A DNA stretch of 63,402 nt, counting the filler, from Choristocarpus tenellus KU-1152 (taxonomy: Eukaryota; Protista; Phaeophyceae), in the NCBI GenBank assembly GCA_964200185.2. It is 7 parts of 7 records of this genome, joined end to end, with 100 filler letters (N's around TTAATTAATTAA, not from the genome) between each part and the next. Parts side by side here need not be neighbours in the genome. Positions count along the whole stretch, not along the records: positions 46,904 to 60,604 come from CAXNAD020001402.1; positions 60,705 to 63,402 come from CAXNAD020025553.1; 5 more parts are not named here. One strand, 5' to 3'. Below, piece after piece: positions 49,931 through 62,554 of the stretch. The notes beneath the pieces were generated by a model. That model ran no database searches. It was not told the origin of the DNA and worked only from the letters and a program-made list of their open reading frames with translations. Every line of letters begins with the position of its first letter. The stretch's first letter is position 1. The translations under genes and the position numbers were made by a program.

Positions 49931-51496
49931 TCATATACCAGTGTCCATCCTAACCATCTGTTCAGGTAAACAGCTCAGAAGTACCTCTGCCACCTCCAAC
50001 GCCTCATGCACACCAACATCGATGTCCCTGACTTCCCCAGGAAACCTCCCCCGTGCATCACAAGTAAGTGCAGCAGCCTTGGGCAAGCCTACCTCTGTCT
50101 GTGGGACTGCTCCTTCCCAATGAAGTAGTTGTGCTACCAGGTCTGCTCTCCCTCTCCTGCAAGCTACATGTAGGGGAGTCTCAAGGAGGTGGTTGCGGCT
50201 TTCAAGATTAGCACCAACAGATTTGAGGAGGCCAAGAATGGCAGGGGTGCCCCTGTGTTCACAGGTGGCAAACACTGCCGTCTCATCATTGTAGTCTGGC
50301 GTGTTGGGGGAGGCTACTAGGAAGCTTACTACCTCCTCAATTATCTCTGGTGGAAGGCCTGAGTGGGTTGTGAAAGAAGTGGGGGGCACAAAAGTCCAAG
50401 TGAAAATGTTTAATTGCAGCAACTTAGGTTGCATGGAATTGCAGGAAATGCACAATTTTCTCTTTTGTTGCACATTCGGTTGTTGTTGGTGGCATCATCT
50501 ATATCTGCTACCAGAAAAAGGGGTACGGGGTGTTCTAGCTCCACGTTCAAACATGCCTTGCACCTGATTCTGGAGTTCGCTACATTCAATTGTCCTGGGC
50601 TTGACTGGGTCGTGCACGGAAGTACCACTGAGGAAAATAACCAGCATCCTGTCATGAACAATCAATACAGGGATATTCTCCACTTGAGGCACATCAAACA
50701 GTCCGACCCCTCACCTTTCGGAACATACGACAATGCCCAACCCTCGCCTTTCAGCAATGCAGCTGTCGCTCCCATCCTTCCCCGAGAGCAAGCATATGCC
50801 AGAGGGGTCATGCCCGTGGAATCTCTAGCCTCAGGCCAGCACCCAGCTGCCAGTAGAAAGCACACCACAGATGTGGCCCCATTCTTAGCACTCAAGTGCA
50901 GAGGTGTCTCAGCAGTGGCATTAAGTGCAGTGGAAGTCAGGCATGCTCCGGCTGCAGCCTTGTCAAGAGAAGGCGAAAAGACAAGAAAGTTCGGATTATA
51001 CGGATGGCCGACACTTAGTCGGGTCAGCAACCAATGGTGACTCCATTTCGCACGGGGTGCAAGAAATGAGCTGCACTGACCAGTATTCTCACAGCCGGCA
51101 GGTTTCCCATCCCCGACGCGATTGCAAGCGGCGTGAAAATGCCAAACGTTCCGCGTGCATCCACATCAGCACCAGATCCGAGGAGAAGTGACAATATTCC
51201 ATTTGATGACCCTGCTCTGACAGCTGTAAAGAGGGGCGTGCAACCATTGTGATCCCTCTTGTTTACATCGTTATGTCCCAACGATAGTAGCACTCGGACG
51301 AGCTCCACATCGTTCTTTTCGCATGCCTTGTGAACTGGTAAGCAAGAGAAGTTCAAGTGCACAAGGTTGAGGTACGGTTGACGAAGCGATAGCGATAGGT
51401 TCCTACAGGAGGCACTACTGTTACCGTGATATAGATACATCTACAGGAAACCAGGTTTATTGATCACATGTTCTCACGAGGAGTCTCGCCCTGCAT
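49931..51496 (-). CDS. Ankyrin-repeat protein; exons 51496-51478, 51334-51081, 50958-50715, 50358-(~49931; 3' end uncertain)
   Basis: Phase-compatible GT-AG introns restore canonical repeats: MQGETPL|HKACEKNDVELVRVLLSLG, GCTPLFTAV, FTPLAIASGMG, ETPLHLSAKNG, GMTPLAYACSRG and ETPLHVACRRG. Confidence 0.85.
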
Positions 51497-51675
51497 GGTA
51501 GCAGAGCTTCAAAATCGCCACGCAGATCAGTTGAGCGCACCACGACCTCGCCGTTCGTCGTCTAATGTAGCGAGAAGTCTACCCAATCAGTGCTATCATA
51601 GACAAGACCTATGTAGTGACGGAAAAGTTGGCACTCCAACATTTGATTTTTGAAAAGGTACAAATTAACTGATGT
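51497..51675. promoter_or_regulatory. Short CpG-rich interval between divergent ankyrin and DOT1-like genes (putative bidirectional promoter)
   Basis: About 180-280 bp between the candidate start codons, with dense CpG at 51510-51575. Confidence 0.5.
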
Positions 51676-54320
51676 ATGTTCAAGGTAACACCATTTTCTC
51701 ATGATTTGTATCAATTTGTATCATATACACAACTACACATTGAAACTCGTTCAGTTACTAGCGCAACAGTCTGCGATGTTGGTGTCAGGGTTTACAACCA
51801 CTTTTGGCTTACCAGGGAATATTTTTAGGAGCAACTGGAAAGGTGGTGGGCCGCAGCTGGCAGGGTGGAATGCAATTAAGAGACCAAATCCTCGAATGCC
51901 TGGAGGTCACTGGCAGGGAGTGTTGAAAAGCGAAGGGGAAGGGGTGCTGGAGGCACTGGACATACTCTTTCCCGAGCAATCAGATGAAAAAGTGGATGGT
52001 GCCTCGGAACTTGCATCATACGACGATCGCATGAGCGCAGGTCGAGAGGCACAAGGGTACCTATCTACAGGGCAGCTTGTTCCTGCAGCAGTGATTGACG
52101 GTGCATTAACCTATGGTGAATTCGACTTCAGCTTTTTCGCGTCCGTTGTAAGGGATTGCCTTAGCATCTATGCTGACGAATCAGAAAATGGGTCGCTCGA
52201 GGCAGAAGCTCGGTGAGACGGTGGGTAACCCATTGGCGACCCCAATGCGTAAGTTGTGTGTTTTGTGGAGCCCACTCACCTTAACCCTCAAGTTCTATCC
52301 AAAAACACTGCGCAATACGTTAGCTAGTGGTGGGGTGATTAGAGTTTTAAAAGAGAAAGAAGGGACTATGACAATAGCAGGAGTCAGATTCGGACCTCTT
52401 CCCTTGACTTACAGCTGTTACCAGGAAGTCAGGAAGGACTTGCATCCAGAGTTGCTATTTTTATTTATTTTGGTAGCATCTGCCTTGAAAGTGCCTAAAG
52501 CGCGCCACTGCTGGCCTTCGGTAACCTCACTTCCAGGAAACGTGTGTTTTGCGACCTTGGTTCTGGCTGCGGCCGTCTTGTTATCGGCCAAGCCCTCGCA
52601 TGGCCATGGCGTTGCTGTAAGGGGATAGAAAAGGTTGAGGCGCTCCATAACATGGGAATGAGTGCCTTAGGTGTGGCCAAGAAACTTGCCGAGGGGGAAA
52701 AGCAGAGTGGTGGAGAAGCCCTCTCCCCTGAGGCGCTCAAGTCGCTTGAGCAAATGTCACCATGTGATCTGTTGCTAGGGGATGCAAACGATCCAGATGA
52801 GGTGAGATGAATGTTCGGAAAGGGTTGCATGAGAAAAATAATTTAGCTAACCTTCGCCATTGAGTGTGGGGAGGATTCACCATTTTGAGTAACGAGTTAT
52901 GTTCAACAAACGACCGGGCCTTAAGGCTCCAACTACATGTTCGGGATGAGTTACGTTACCCGTGAGATGTGCCTTTATGTTGCCGATATTGCCAGTTCAA
53001 CTTGGTATTGTAACTGCAATGCTACCCATAACGAAATCTCTATTTTGTGTAGTAGCTACTACTATCTTGAACGCGTAAGCTGCGAGAAAGGTTACCTTAC
53101 ACATAAACCTCTTCTGTTGTACGTGACTCTCACCTCACAACCTCGTACCCCCTTCCGCACAACTCCATCAACCCAGTATATCACATACGCCAATCCCTTC
53201 TTACTCTGCCAACCCCCTACTATTTGAGAACGGACTGTCTCTTGGTTTCATTATTCAATCTCATGTATCTGTGTGATTGGCCCAGGTGGAGCTATCGGAT
53301 GTCGATATTTTGTTCTGTTACTGCACTGCTTTCCCTGCCAGAGGTGATATGTTGACAGAGCTCTCGTACACGTTGGGACACCAACTTCGACCTGGGACAC
53401 TGGTGAGAAAGATCTACCAGCCTTCATGCCTGGCCCTTTGCTTTTTCTACTTTGTCTACCCTGTGGAGACTATATCAGGCAATGCCCTGATACAAACCTT
53501 CTGATTGCCGGACTCTGCTCGTCTACATTTTTTTTCTGTTGAGTAGTGTAGATGATTCCAAAGACGTGATTGTAGGTCTTTTGTGGTGCACCTCAGGACT
53601 GGGGATGCTATGTGCAAGTTGCTTATGATTGACCCCATGTTATTTTCTACTCCTGCAGGTGCACCACTGAGCTCTGCGTCATAATCATGAGATATTTTCC
53701 GATTCACTATTTTGAACAGAAGGTTTTAGGTGAACCTGTCTCTTCTCTTTACATGTGTATTATATATATATATATATATCAATCTTTGATACGTAACAAT
53801 TGCATTCTTCTCTCTCCTGATCATGACTTGATGATGGGCTTTGTTCCCATATCCCCTGTAGGCTCCAGTGCCCTGTTAGAGAGAACTAGTGCTTTTCCAC
53901 TCCTAATAGGGGGATGCAAGTCCAACATATGCTACTCTCACCATCCAGCAGCAGACCTATCAGATGTTTCAAAGTACTGTTGTATTTGAGATACCTGATT
54001 TCAAATGTGCAACTGCCTTGCACACTTAACTGGAAGATGCAGCTGAATGAAGCCTTAACAAGACACTGTCTACATTCTTAAGGCATCCCAACCCTTCCGA
54101 ATTATATCCTGAAGGTGATATGACCCTTTCATTGAAGATTCGAAGGCCTTCTCCATGCCCATTTCTCCTCACCCTTGAGCAGGTCATTACCACAGACCGC
54201 CGCCTTGCAAGTGATGGACCATGGGAATTTGCTCCCCTTGGAGAACGAACTGGCCCAAACAGCGAAATAGGGGGTTCCTCAACCGCGTTCTTGTGGCGGG
54301 TCATTAGATCTGCCCTGTAA
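51676..54320 (+). CDS. DOT1-like class I SAM-dependent methyltransferase; exons (51676-51684?), 51755-52212, 52537-52801, 53286-53402, 54183-54320; alternative starts at 51701 or 51776
   Basis: All introns are GT-AG and phase-compatible. Motifs LTYGEF, VFCDLGSGCGRLV (motif I), CKGIEKV, LLGDA, DVDILFCY and LRPGTL|VITTD follow DOT1-family order. Confidence 0.85.
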
Positions 54321-54699
54321 TGAATAGAATGCTCTATCTGCTCCTAAATTGTGCTCCAGTGTGTGTGTATCATAACCAGTGAGCAGGAGTTTCATAGAGG
54401 GGTCAGTGCAGTATTGGTCTTGGTCCCAAGAAGGGTAAAAATTGCAAGTACTTGTGCAGTAGGCACTGTATTCATTTGAGATCATCTAGGGTCATGTATA
54501 GGAGAGTGCACGGGACTGCACCCAGGTGGATGTTGACCCTATGGTGGAAGGAAGTTGAGGTGAGAGGGACTTATTCATGCGATTGGTTTAGTCAAATTAG
54601 TTAGACGCTGCCTTTGTTTTCAGGGGTTGAGGTACAAGGAGTAATATATTTGTCCCCTACCCTCTCTTTAACCTCATTGGTGGACCTTTTCTACACTAA

Positions 54700-56300
54700 G
54701 TTGATCTGATTCCATACCCCAAATCATGCAAAATCTCACCCAACGATTTATTCAACCTGAAGCCCCCCTCCATCAGATCTTTTCGCATCATGACAGTCCA
54801 TAGCGCCACAAGAACAAACTCCATCAAGGATCTTAGATGGTTGACTCTTAACCTGATCTGCCAGATCTAAGAATAGACTCCACGGTGTAGCAGAGCAGGG
54901 GAGACTTTGATATGTGCTGCCAAATCAGTGAAACATGATACAACCTTCCTGGTCCTACCTTGGATCTTTCAAACACAACATAGATCTACTTCACATGGCA
55001 TTAGTTGTGCGTGTATTGCACTGCTAGACCTGAAGCTGGTATTCCCAATCCAGTCATGAGAGTATCCTACATCTTCCTTCGCCTTTAATCATTCATTGAG
55101 ATCATATATTCCCCTTGTTGCTGGAGCACTGTCTTGAGGGATGGAGCTTGACAGTGCCAAATGCATCTAGCCCAATGCAGGGGATGATTAGACTGGAGTG
55201 TGCCTTTCTCTTCAGGGATGACCAGAAAGATTTGCAGTGTTTAGAGTATATTGACTTATCATTCTCAGGAGCGGTGCCAGATTTAGTCTGGCCACAGCAA
55301 CACTGGGTCCGATCTGAGATGACAGTGCTGATCCAAGGAAATTTGGACCCCCAAGACAGGTCTTTATTTGAACTACAATCATTTTGTAGCTTTAGCACTC
55401 CTAACTCTACCATTGGAGTTGTATTGGAAGCAACAGTGAAACTTTAGAAACTTTATTTCTAGTCACGATAAGCATTGGATGCATTTCTTTATTCCAACTC
55501 AGTGGAAAGGATAAATTAAGTCAGGCATTTTACTTTTACCTAACACGCTGGCAGGGTACACATCCGTACTTTTGTAACTACCTTTCTCGTCATAGTTAAA
55601 CATCTGTCAAAAAACTTACCTGCCACCAAGACACGCAACCGCACTTTTATAACTGCTCAGCCAAGAAGGGTAGTCCCTGATTTTAGGAATAGTAGCAACC
55701 CTTGGACGAGACTCAATCAAGTCTAATAGCTTGCGGACCCCAGAATTAGCTTTTGTAGAAACTTCAATGATCCCGAAAGTTACCAAGACAGCAGTTGGGG
55801 ACTGACTAGACTACCATCTTGGCAACTAACGGGATTATTGCTGACTAATTTCTTGGTAGGTTGAGGGATTGACAAAGTTTCATTATCATTTGGTCGTGTG
55901 ACATGGACACACTTTGCCAGGCCCACCATGTCAAGCTCAGTTCTACGACTACAATTACTATAAAGCAGGAACACACCGATCATATCTTGACATACAAAAA
56001 TGCCCTTGTAAAAACTGGTCGTGACAGTATCGAGGTCACTGTGTAAAAATGGAGATTCCTGTTCACAGGGTCAGTTGCACTCATGGGGGATGAGGGAACA
56101 ACAAATATGTTTTATGTTTGTGTGGGGAACTTGTCGATGAAACGTGGGAAGCAAAGTGGCTAAGAGGAGAACTGATAGATCTGCTTGCAAGAAATTCTTG
56201 AGAAGTTTGGGATCACTTGTAAAGGGTGACATTGAAGGAGGGCAATAAAACAAAGCAGGTAAGTGATACGTGGGTGTGGTTGATGGGACCAGGTAATTCA
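54700..56300 (-). mobile_element. Degenerate Ty3/Gypsy RT-RNase H relic
   Basis: On the minus strand EIKFLKFH resembles V.FLGH, and LAPLLR...KHCKSFWSSLKRKAHSSLII resembles A.PL..L....C..AF..LK..L.S.PIL. Very decayed; boundaries approximate. Confidence 0.35.
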
Positions 56301-58202
56301 TGGATAGGTAAGTTGACGCATGTCATGGTGTTCAGGTAGCATCCAAACCAACTCAAGTGCATAATGACATGCTTGCTCTCTCACTCCTGACCAAAGAATT
56401 GATTTCTCATTGGCCTCTTTTCTATTTGCTATTTTTCACTTTCTGTTTCTTGTGATACATATGTGAGTCGTATTTTCTGGATTTAACTATTTGGTGCTTG
56501 TGAGTAGTGTCTGGGTCTTACTGCCCGTAATATTACTCTGCTATAGCTCATTTTGAGTCTTCTCGTTCCTCTTCTTCCTCTGTGATACTCTATCTGATCA
56601 TGTTCTCCAGACTCTGAAGTATTTTGAATGTAGGATTGTGTTACTGTTTCATATTGAACATGGATCTGCACTGGTAACATAAATAAATAATGTAATACTG
56701 TAATAGAATAGGTGTAATAGTAGGCAATGCCAAATCACCTCGAAAAAGGAGTAGTTCGTTATCACATTTAACGGACCACAGAGACACACTCAGAAGGCAA
56801 GTACAAGGACAACCTCACCACCATTGCATTGGTACGTAACAAATGAATCATGAAAGCATCATGAAAACCATAAATTAGCCCACTAGAGGTGGTCAGGCCC
56901 ACTCTCAGAGAGGCAAGAGGGATCAGAATTGAGCATATTGTGTGGCATTATCGGTGTGAGTTTGACACATGAAAGAAAGAGCGTCAATGGCATTTGCGTC
57001 GGAGTTCTAGATTATGTGTACATTTTGTTCTGTGAATACTATATATTTTTACTATTATATTTTGCCTGGGGACTATCCTGACCATTGATCTCAGGCGACA
57101 GTTACAAGCTGGTCCAGTTCTCATACTACGACTTTCTACAACTGTTACATTATGATAAATTGTCCTGCCTACATTCGTGCCTTGCTCCTCGTACATTGAT
57201 TTCAGCCATCCCACCCCTCGTCACTCCACCTCCTCACTTGAATCAATTCTGGATCCACCTCCGCATTGCTCGGTAATTATGCCTTGCCACCTTGTTTTTA
57301 GGTTTCCCATAATCTATGGAATAGCGACAGATCGGATATATTACAAATCGGTACGTGTACAATTCTTAATGTTGTTCGTGTCGTCTTCGGATATTGTAAC
57401 CAGATATCTTAGAAAAATTCTTGGGAATCGAGGGAGGGCGTTCAAATACGTGAAATTCAGATATAACATGCTGTCCATTTTACATCCAACCACTGATCTA
57501 CAATGACATCCTACTATCTGATACGTAGGACAAAGCACCTCGCAACCAGCAATATCGAGGCCCTGTTTAGCATGCTCCCTCCAACCATCTGCACTACGTT
57601 GCCACCACCTTGCAGCTTAAACAGGTGGTATGTTTACCTGGCGCGCAACACACACACACACACACACTTTCTTTTGGTATATTGATTCGACTACTACAGT
57701 ATATTGAGGTGTCATTGCTGAGAAAAAGGAGAGAATATTATTATTTGAACATAGAGTAAACGTGAGGCAGGGACTGGATCTAGAAGACTGAACGGTAGTA
57801 ATATTTGGTGGTAGTATTAATATTAGTTGAAGCTAGTGCACCACTACGGGATGGACTAGAGGTGGTTAGAGTGGGGACGGGGTGCACGAGGGAGGTTTCG
57901 TTATTGTGCGGGATAAGAGCGCATTCACTTCAGATACAAAATTGTAACAACAAGTCATAACCCTGATGTGAATAGATGTGACTCAAGATTGTGAGTAGAT
58001 GGAAGATACATACAAAAGTGACTAACCCGAAGGACAGAGATAGTTGGAATAACCTCAAAATTATCCAACGCTTCGATTTTATTTCTTTCGGTATAAATAT
58101 TTTGAAATAGTAACGAAACCAAATACAAAAAAAAGGTGAGGAGTAGAAGTGGTAGTAGTAATGCGCAATATGTTTTATAAATTGAAATAGAAGGGATCTA
58201 TA

Positions 58203-58578
58203 TTTTCATTGGTTTCCCCCCTGACACATCTGCAAAATGTCAGAGGGCATAATAATAAAATATATATGTGTTAAATTGATTCCAGAGAGTCTCATACCGT
58301 TGGTCAAAGTCAAAAGGCAGTTGGAGGATATCAATTTAAAATTCAGAAAATTGAACAATATATTGGAAAAAATTGATATAGGAATGTAGAGAACCTTCTA
58401 CAATTTGGAGATGTGTCAGGGGAAAAGTATTGTTCAATGTTAATAAAGAAACGTTTCCTCTCCATTCTCTCAACAAAAATAGGAAGAATAATGGTGATAC
58501 TTCACATATCATTCCTTACATTTTACTATTATGCCCTCTGGTGTTTTAAAGATGTGTGAAGGGAAAAACAATGAATAA
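58203..58578. mobile_element. MITE-like element with ~55-bp inverted termini; further termini at 58890-58951 and 59400-59420
   Basis: TTCATTGGTTTCCCCCCTGACACATCTGCAAAATGTCAGAGGGCATAATA pairs with TATTATGCCCTCTGGTGTTTTAAAGATGTGTGAAGGGAAAAACAATGAA. Confidence 0.6.
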
Positions 58579-58726
58579 ATAATAACCCCTAATAATAACG
58601 TAAACACTTGTGATGTACGTGAAAAACATGTATCTAATTACTATTTTACTACCATGTTACACCAGTCCCTTCCTGTGCCTTTAACCTAGCTTAGTCCTGC
58701 ACCCCAGGGTGAGGGGCTAGGGAAGC

Positions 58727-58889
58727 ATCCCAAGACTCTAACAAACCCCTCCTTGGGCATCTCCCTGGTATCTCCAGCTTTAAACGCATGGCAGGTCTGG
58801 ATAGGGCTACTTGCGTTGTGACAGAAACTATCTATCGTAGACAGGATTTGACAGCCCCTTTCTGCTGCCGCCTCCTGTCTCTCTCCCCC
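58727..58889 (-). mobile_element. 3' fragment of RLE non-LTR retrotransposon (inverted relative to 59177-59343)
   Basis: The reverse complement reads KGAVKSCLR*IVSVTTQVALSRPAMR. Confidence 0.7.
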
Positions 58890-59039
58890 TTATATTATTA
58901 TGTCCTCTGACATTTTGCAGATAGATGTGTGAGGGGGAAAACCAATGAAAAGTCAATTAAATGCCATTCTTATATGGTAATTTGCTACACCCTCCTCTCC
59001 TACTCACCAGGAAATAATTAAATGACTTCATGTTGTAAT

Positions 59040-59352
59040 AATCCCCACACTCACGAATGAGAGAGAACCAGTCCGATACAACTCACGTACAATCTCAACA
59101 CTTCGGGGTGGAAAGTTTGGGGGCCCTAGGTAAGAAAGCAGGAAGTTTTGTGGATGAGTTGGCTACACACGGGGTAGGGGGAGAGGGACAGGAGGCTGTA
59201 ATAGGAAAGGCGCTGTCAAATCCCGTCTAGGACAGATAGTCTCTGTCACAACGCAATTAGCCCTATCCAGACCTGTCATGCGCTTTAAACGAGAGACAAC
59301 AAAGAGATAGCGAAGGAAGGCCTTTTGTTAGATTCTTGGGATAATAATAAGA
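59040..59352 (+). mobile_element. 3' end of RLE (CRE-like) non-LTR retrotransposon with (TAA)n tail
   Basis: GVESLGALGKKAGSFVDELATHGVGG...KGAVKSRLGQIVSVTTQLALSRPVMRFKRE matches the E(S/T).G.LG...F...LA...IISV..Q endonuclease C-terminus. It ends in GGGATAATAATAA. Confidence 0.75.
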
Positions 59353-59418
59353 AGAAAACTTATATTGAAACATTTTGAAAATAATTTTATCATTCACATT
59401 TTTATTATTATGCCCTCT

Positions 59419-59575
59419 GGGCTATAAGTATCTGGGGGGGGTGTCGGCCGTCCATTTGGACCCAAGTTTTTCATGTCACGATTTTGGGGTGATTTGGTCC
59501 CATACATTGGATGGATAATGAAAGTGCACTTTTCCTGGTTTTGGTCCAAATGGACACCCTGGTGTAGATCCACCC
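59419..59575. mobile_element. MITE copy (11941 family, opposite orientation); another terminus at 60580-60604
   Basis: GGGCTATAAGTATCTGGGGGGGG...CATGTCACG...GGTCCAAATGGACACCCTGGTGTAGA. Confidence 0.7.
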
Positions 59576-60959
59576 ATTAATAGTCACTAAGCTGCGAGGG
59601 CGCCCGTACAACTGTATTTAAGACACTAGGAGGCAAAGATGTCAGGTGACGGGTTGTGGTCGACATTTCTTGACCGCTAGTGAGGCAAATGAGGATGTTT
59701 TGCTGGTCCTCGACAGTTGGGAATACCTTCCCGTATTCTTGGAAACCACTGTACATATTTTATTTTCTACATCATGTGATGTGATCTACTTCACTAAGCC
59801 AAACATCCACACCAACATCGGGCACCAAGGTGACGAATCAACCATAAACCTGCAAGCTGTAAGCTTGAGAGTCACAAGTGGTGGGCAATGTTATTGAGAT
59901 GTTCTGAGGGTGTATTTGCGATGAATAATATCGACATCGATAATACCGATATTCTTCACTCGATATATCGAAATAGCGATGAAGGATGGGAGAGAAGGCG
60001 AAAACTCGCTACCCGACAGTCAAGGGTCGAAGTACCTCTCACTCGAAATCTTTGACAAGGGGGACTACATTGTGTGGAGATGTACTAGTAGTGCCCTGTA
60101 ACGCTACATAATGGACCGTAGATTACGACAAGCTCCAGAACAAGCAGTGGCTTACTAAACTACATATAGATAGTACAGTACCAAGAGTTGTCATAGCCAA
60201 GGGTCGTTATTGTAGAGGAAATGGTCGGGGACATCGTCTTGAGAATAGATATTTAGGTCGCATCTTTTAATGGTGTTTTGTTTTTGTGAGTTGGGGACGT
60301 GAGGAAAGGCTTGTTGTGTCAGAAATCGTCAGGTAAAACCTAAAATGATTTGTGCAGCCGATATCCATGATTTTCTCCTACAGCAATGACAGCCACACCA
60401 ATTCTATACATGTGTTCAGTGCTGCGCCGTCTGAGGTGTAAAATGCAATGTGCTTTGGAAAAAAAATAAGGGTCTTTCACGTATTGCAGAGTCTTCTTTA
60501 CAAGATCATGTGAAGTCAGCCGTCTCCTCCTTGAAAGGAACAGCCATTTTCTACAGTTTGATATCTTTCTTCTTGGTTTGGGTCAAAGTATCTGGGGGGG
60601 GGGTNNNNNNNNNNNNNNNNNNNNNNNNNNNNNNNNNNNNNNNNNNNNTTAATTAATTAANNNNNNNNNNNNNNNNNNNNNNNNNNNNNNNNNNNNNNNN
60701 NNNNTTTGTTCTGATCTCGTGTCTCGTCTTGTACCCTATTTTGTCTCCCTCCCCATTGATACCCTCCAAATTGCCCATTCCCATTCCGATATCCACCTAG
60801 GTCTTTATTCTGGTTGTCTCCCTTCTCCCTAACAAATCTTGACCTTATCCATACCTCCTCCCTCTCCCTCCGCCCCCCCTGCCCCTCCCCCCACCAACGC
60901 ATTCAACACATCCTGACACTACGGAACAAATTGGACAACAAACAACACATATATTTCAG

Positions 60960-61164
60960 TCCGGGAGGTGACCAGAGTTTCCGTGATGGCATGGGTCGCT
61001 TTGTTGTGGGTCTGTGCTTTGGTATTGAGCACGTGATCCTCCTTATTATAATTACGCTCTGGATGTTCATCCCGGAGGTCCCCTTGTGGGTTAGGCAAAA
61101 AGTGGCTAGAGTCCACTACCTCAGGGCTAGGCCAGGTGGAGGAATGAAGGCAAAAATTATGTGA
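60960..61164 (+). CDS. Probable terminal exon of an anoctamin/TMEM16 family gene (upstream exons beyond the gap)
   Basis: A TTTCAG| acceptor is followed by ...LCFGIEHVILLIIITLWMFIPEVPLWVRQKVARVHYL...*, matching the anoctamin last-TM signature EH..L......IP.VP.WV....AR..Y. Confidence 0.75.
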
Positions 61165-62554
61165 CTCCACTTTTGGTATGATATCCGATTTTTGTTTATG
61201 TGAGTGCAGTACCAGTTTGTTATGTGTGTAGTGCACCTTTTGGTCTGAGGTGTGCATTTGGGTTGTTTTGATTTGGTCGCAGTGGGTGTGCATCCCCTTG
61301 AAATATGTTTTCCAATTCATAGTAGTAGAAAGTGTTGTCTTGTGCTCTGAGGTAGCATGGCCTCTTAAGAGGACACACATTGATTATTCCACCGTGGTTT
61401 CGAGTTTTTGGCTGAGTTTTTGGAATGCATGTGACACACACAGTGGTTAACTGAGGTAGAGGAGACTAGTTGGTATAGGTTTTGTTTGATGACCCTGTGT
61501 ATGTGAGAGAGCAAAGAGAGAGGAAATTTTGCTCGGAGATGATAAGACTACTACATCCTCTGTTCTTCTCTCCTATTATGTACATTTTTCTATGTGACAT
61601 AACTTCCTACTGTTGGGTGAATTGGGTGTTCCTACTACAGAGGAAGAATGTATGCATGTTGGTTACACTCAAGCACTTTACAAATTTTCAACCAAGAAGT
61701 GATAACTTTTGTAGGTTTGATTGGCCTCATGAACTGACTGGCGGTATGTGAGTAGAAATGCTACCACATGGTGATGCCAACATGTACGCCCACTTCCTCC
61801 ATAAAGAATCAGTTTGAACCCGTTCGTGGGGCTCACTATATATAAATGCAAATTGGTTTCAGATTTTCACTGTTTATTGATTGTGAGGGCTTGCAACAAC
61901 CCTATCATGAGGATTAAAAAACTAAAAACAGCACCACCTGAATTTGTATACCTACTATAACCTCCCTGCTGTGAAGCCACAATAAATGCCTTCCCAATGC
62001 AATATCTTTTTGAGCCCTGCAAACTGTCAAACGGGCAGTGAGCAGAGGAAGCACACAGGTACACCCAGGCACTGTGCTAGCTGGCTTGCTTCATGAGAGT
62101 CATACCCACATGTAAACAGAATCTATTGTATCATTATTGGCGAATACCTTAACATACTGAGGTATTTTACAACAGCTTAAACAAAAAATTCAAAAATCAA
62201 ATACTTGAGTCGGTAACAATCAGCTATCTACAAAAGAAACAAGTGGCATTTAACAAAATCTCCTTCTGCCTTACTCCCATCCGAACACTCATCTCCCCAC
62301 CCATTCTTCACTCTTTGTCAAACCCGTGTTCTCAAAGTCCAACTCAATTGTCTCTATCAATGTCCCCCTCCCCCCGCCTCATCACACGGCGGCATTCCTT
62401 CATCAGCCCCTACCCCACCCCCCACATTCTCCTCCTTTGGCATCAAAGAACCTTCCTGGATTGTCCTCCCTCCCTCTCCCACAACCCCTCCAACATCCAC
62501 TCTAACCCTGAGATCCCAAAGGCCTTTCCTCCTCTTTTCCTCCCTGCTGTACAC

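Noticed and set aside
61770-61840. tRNA/SINE-like B-box GTTTGAACCC
   Set aside because: No cloverleaf and no convincing A-box.
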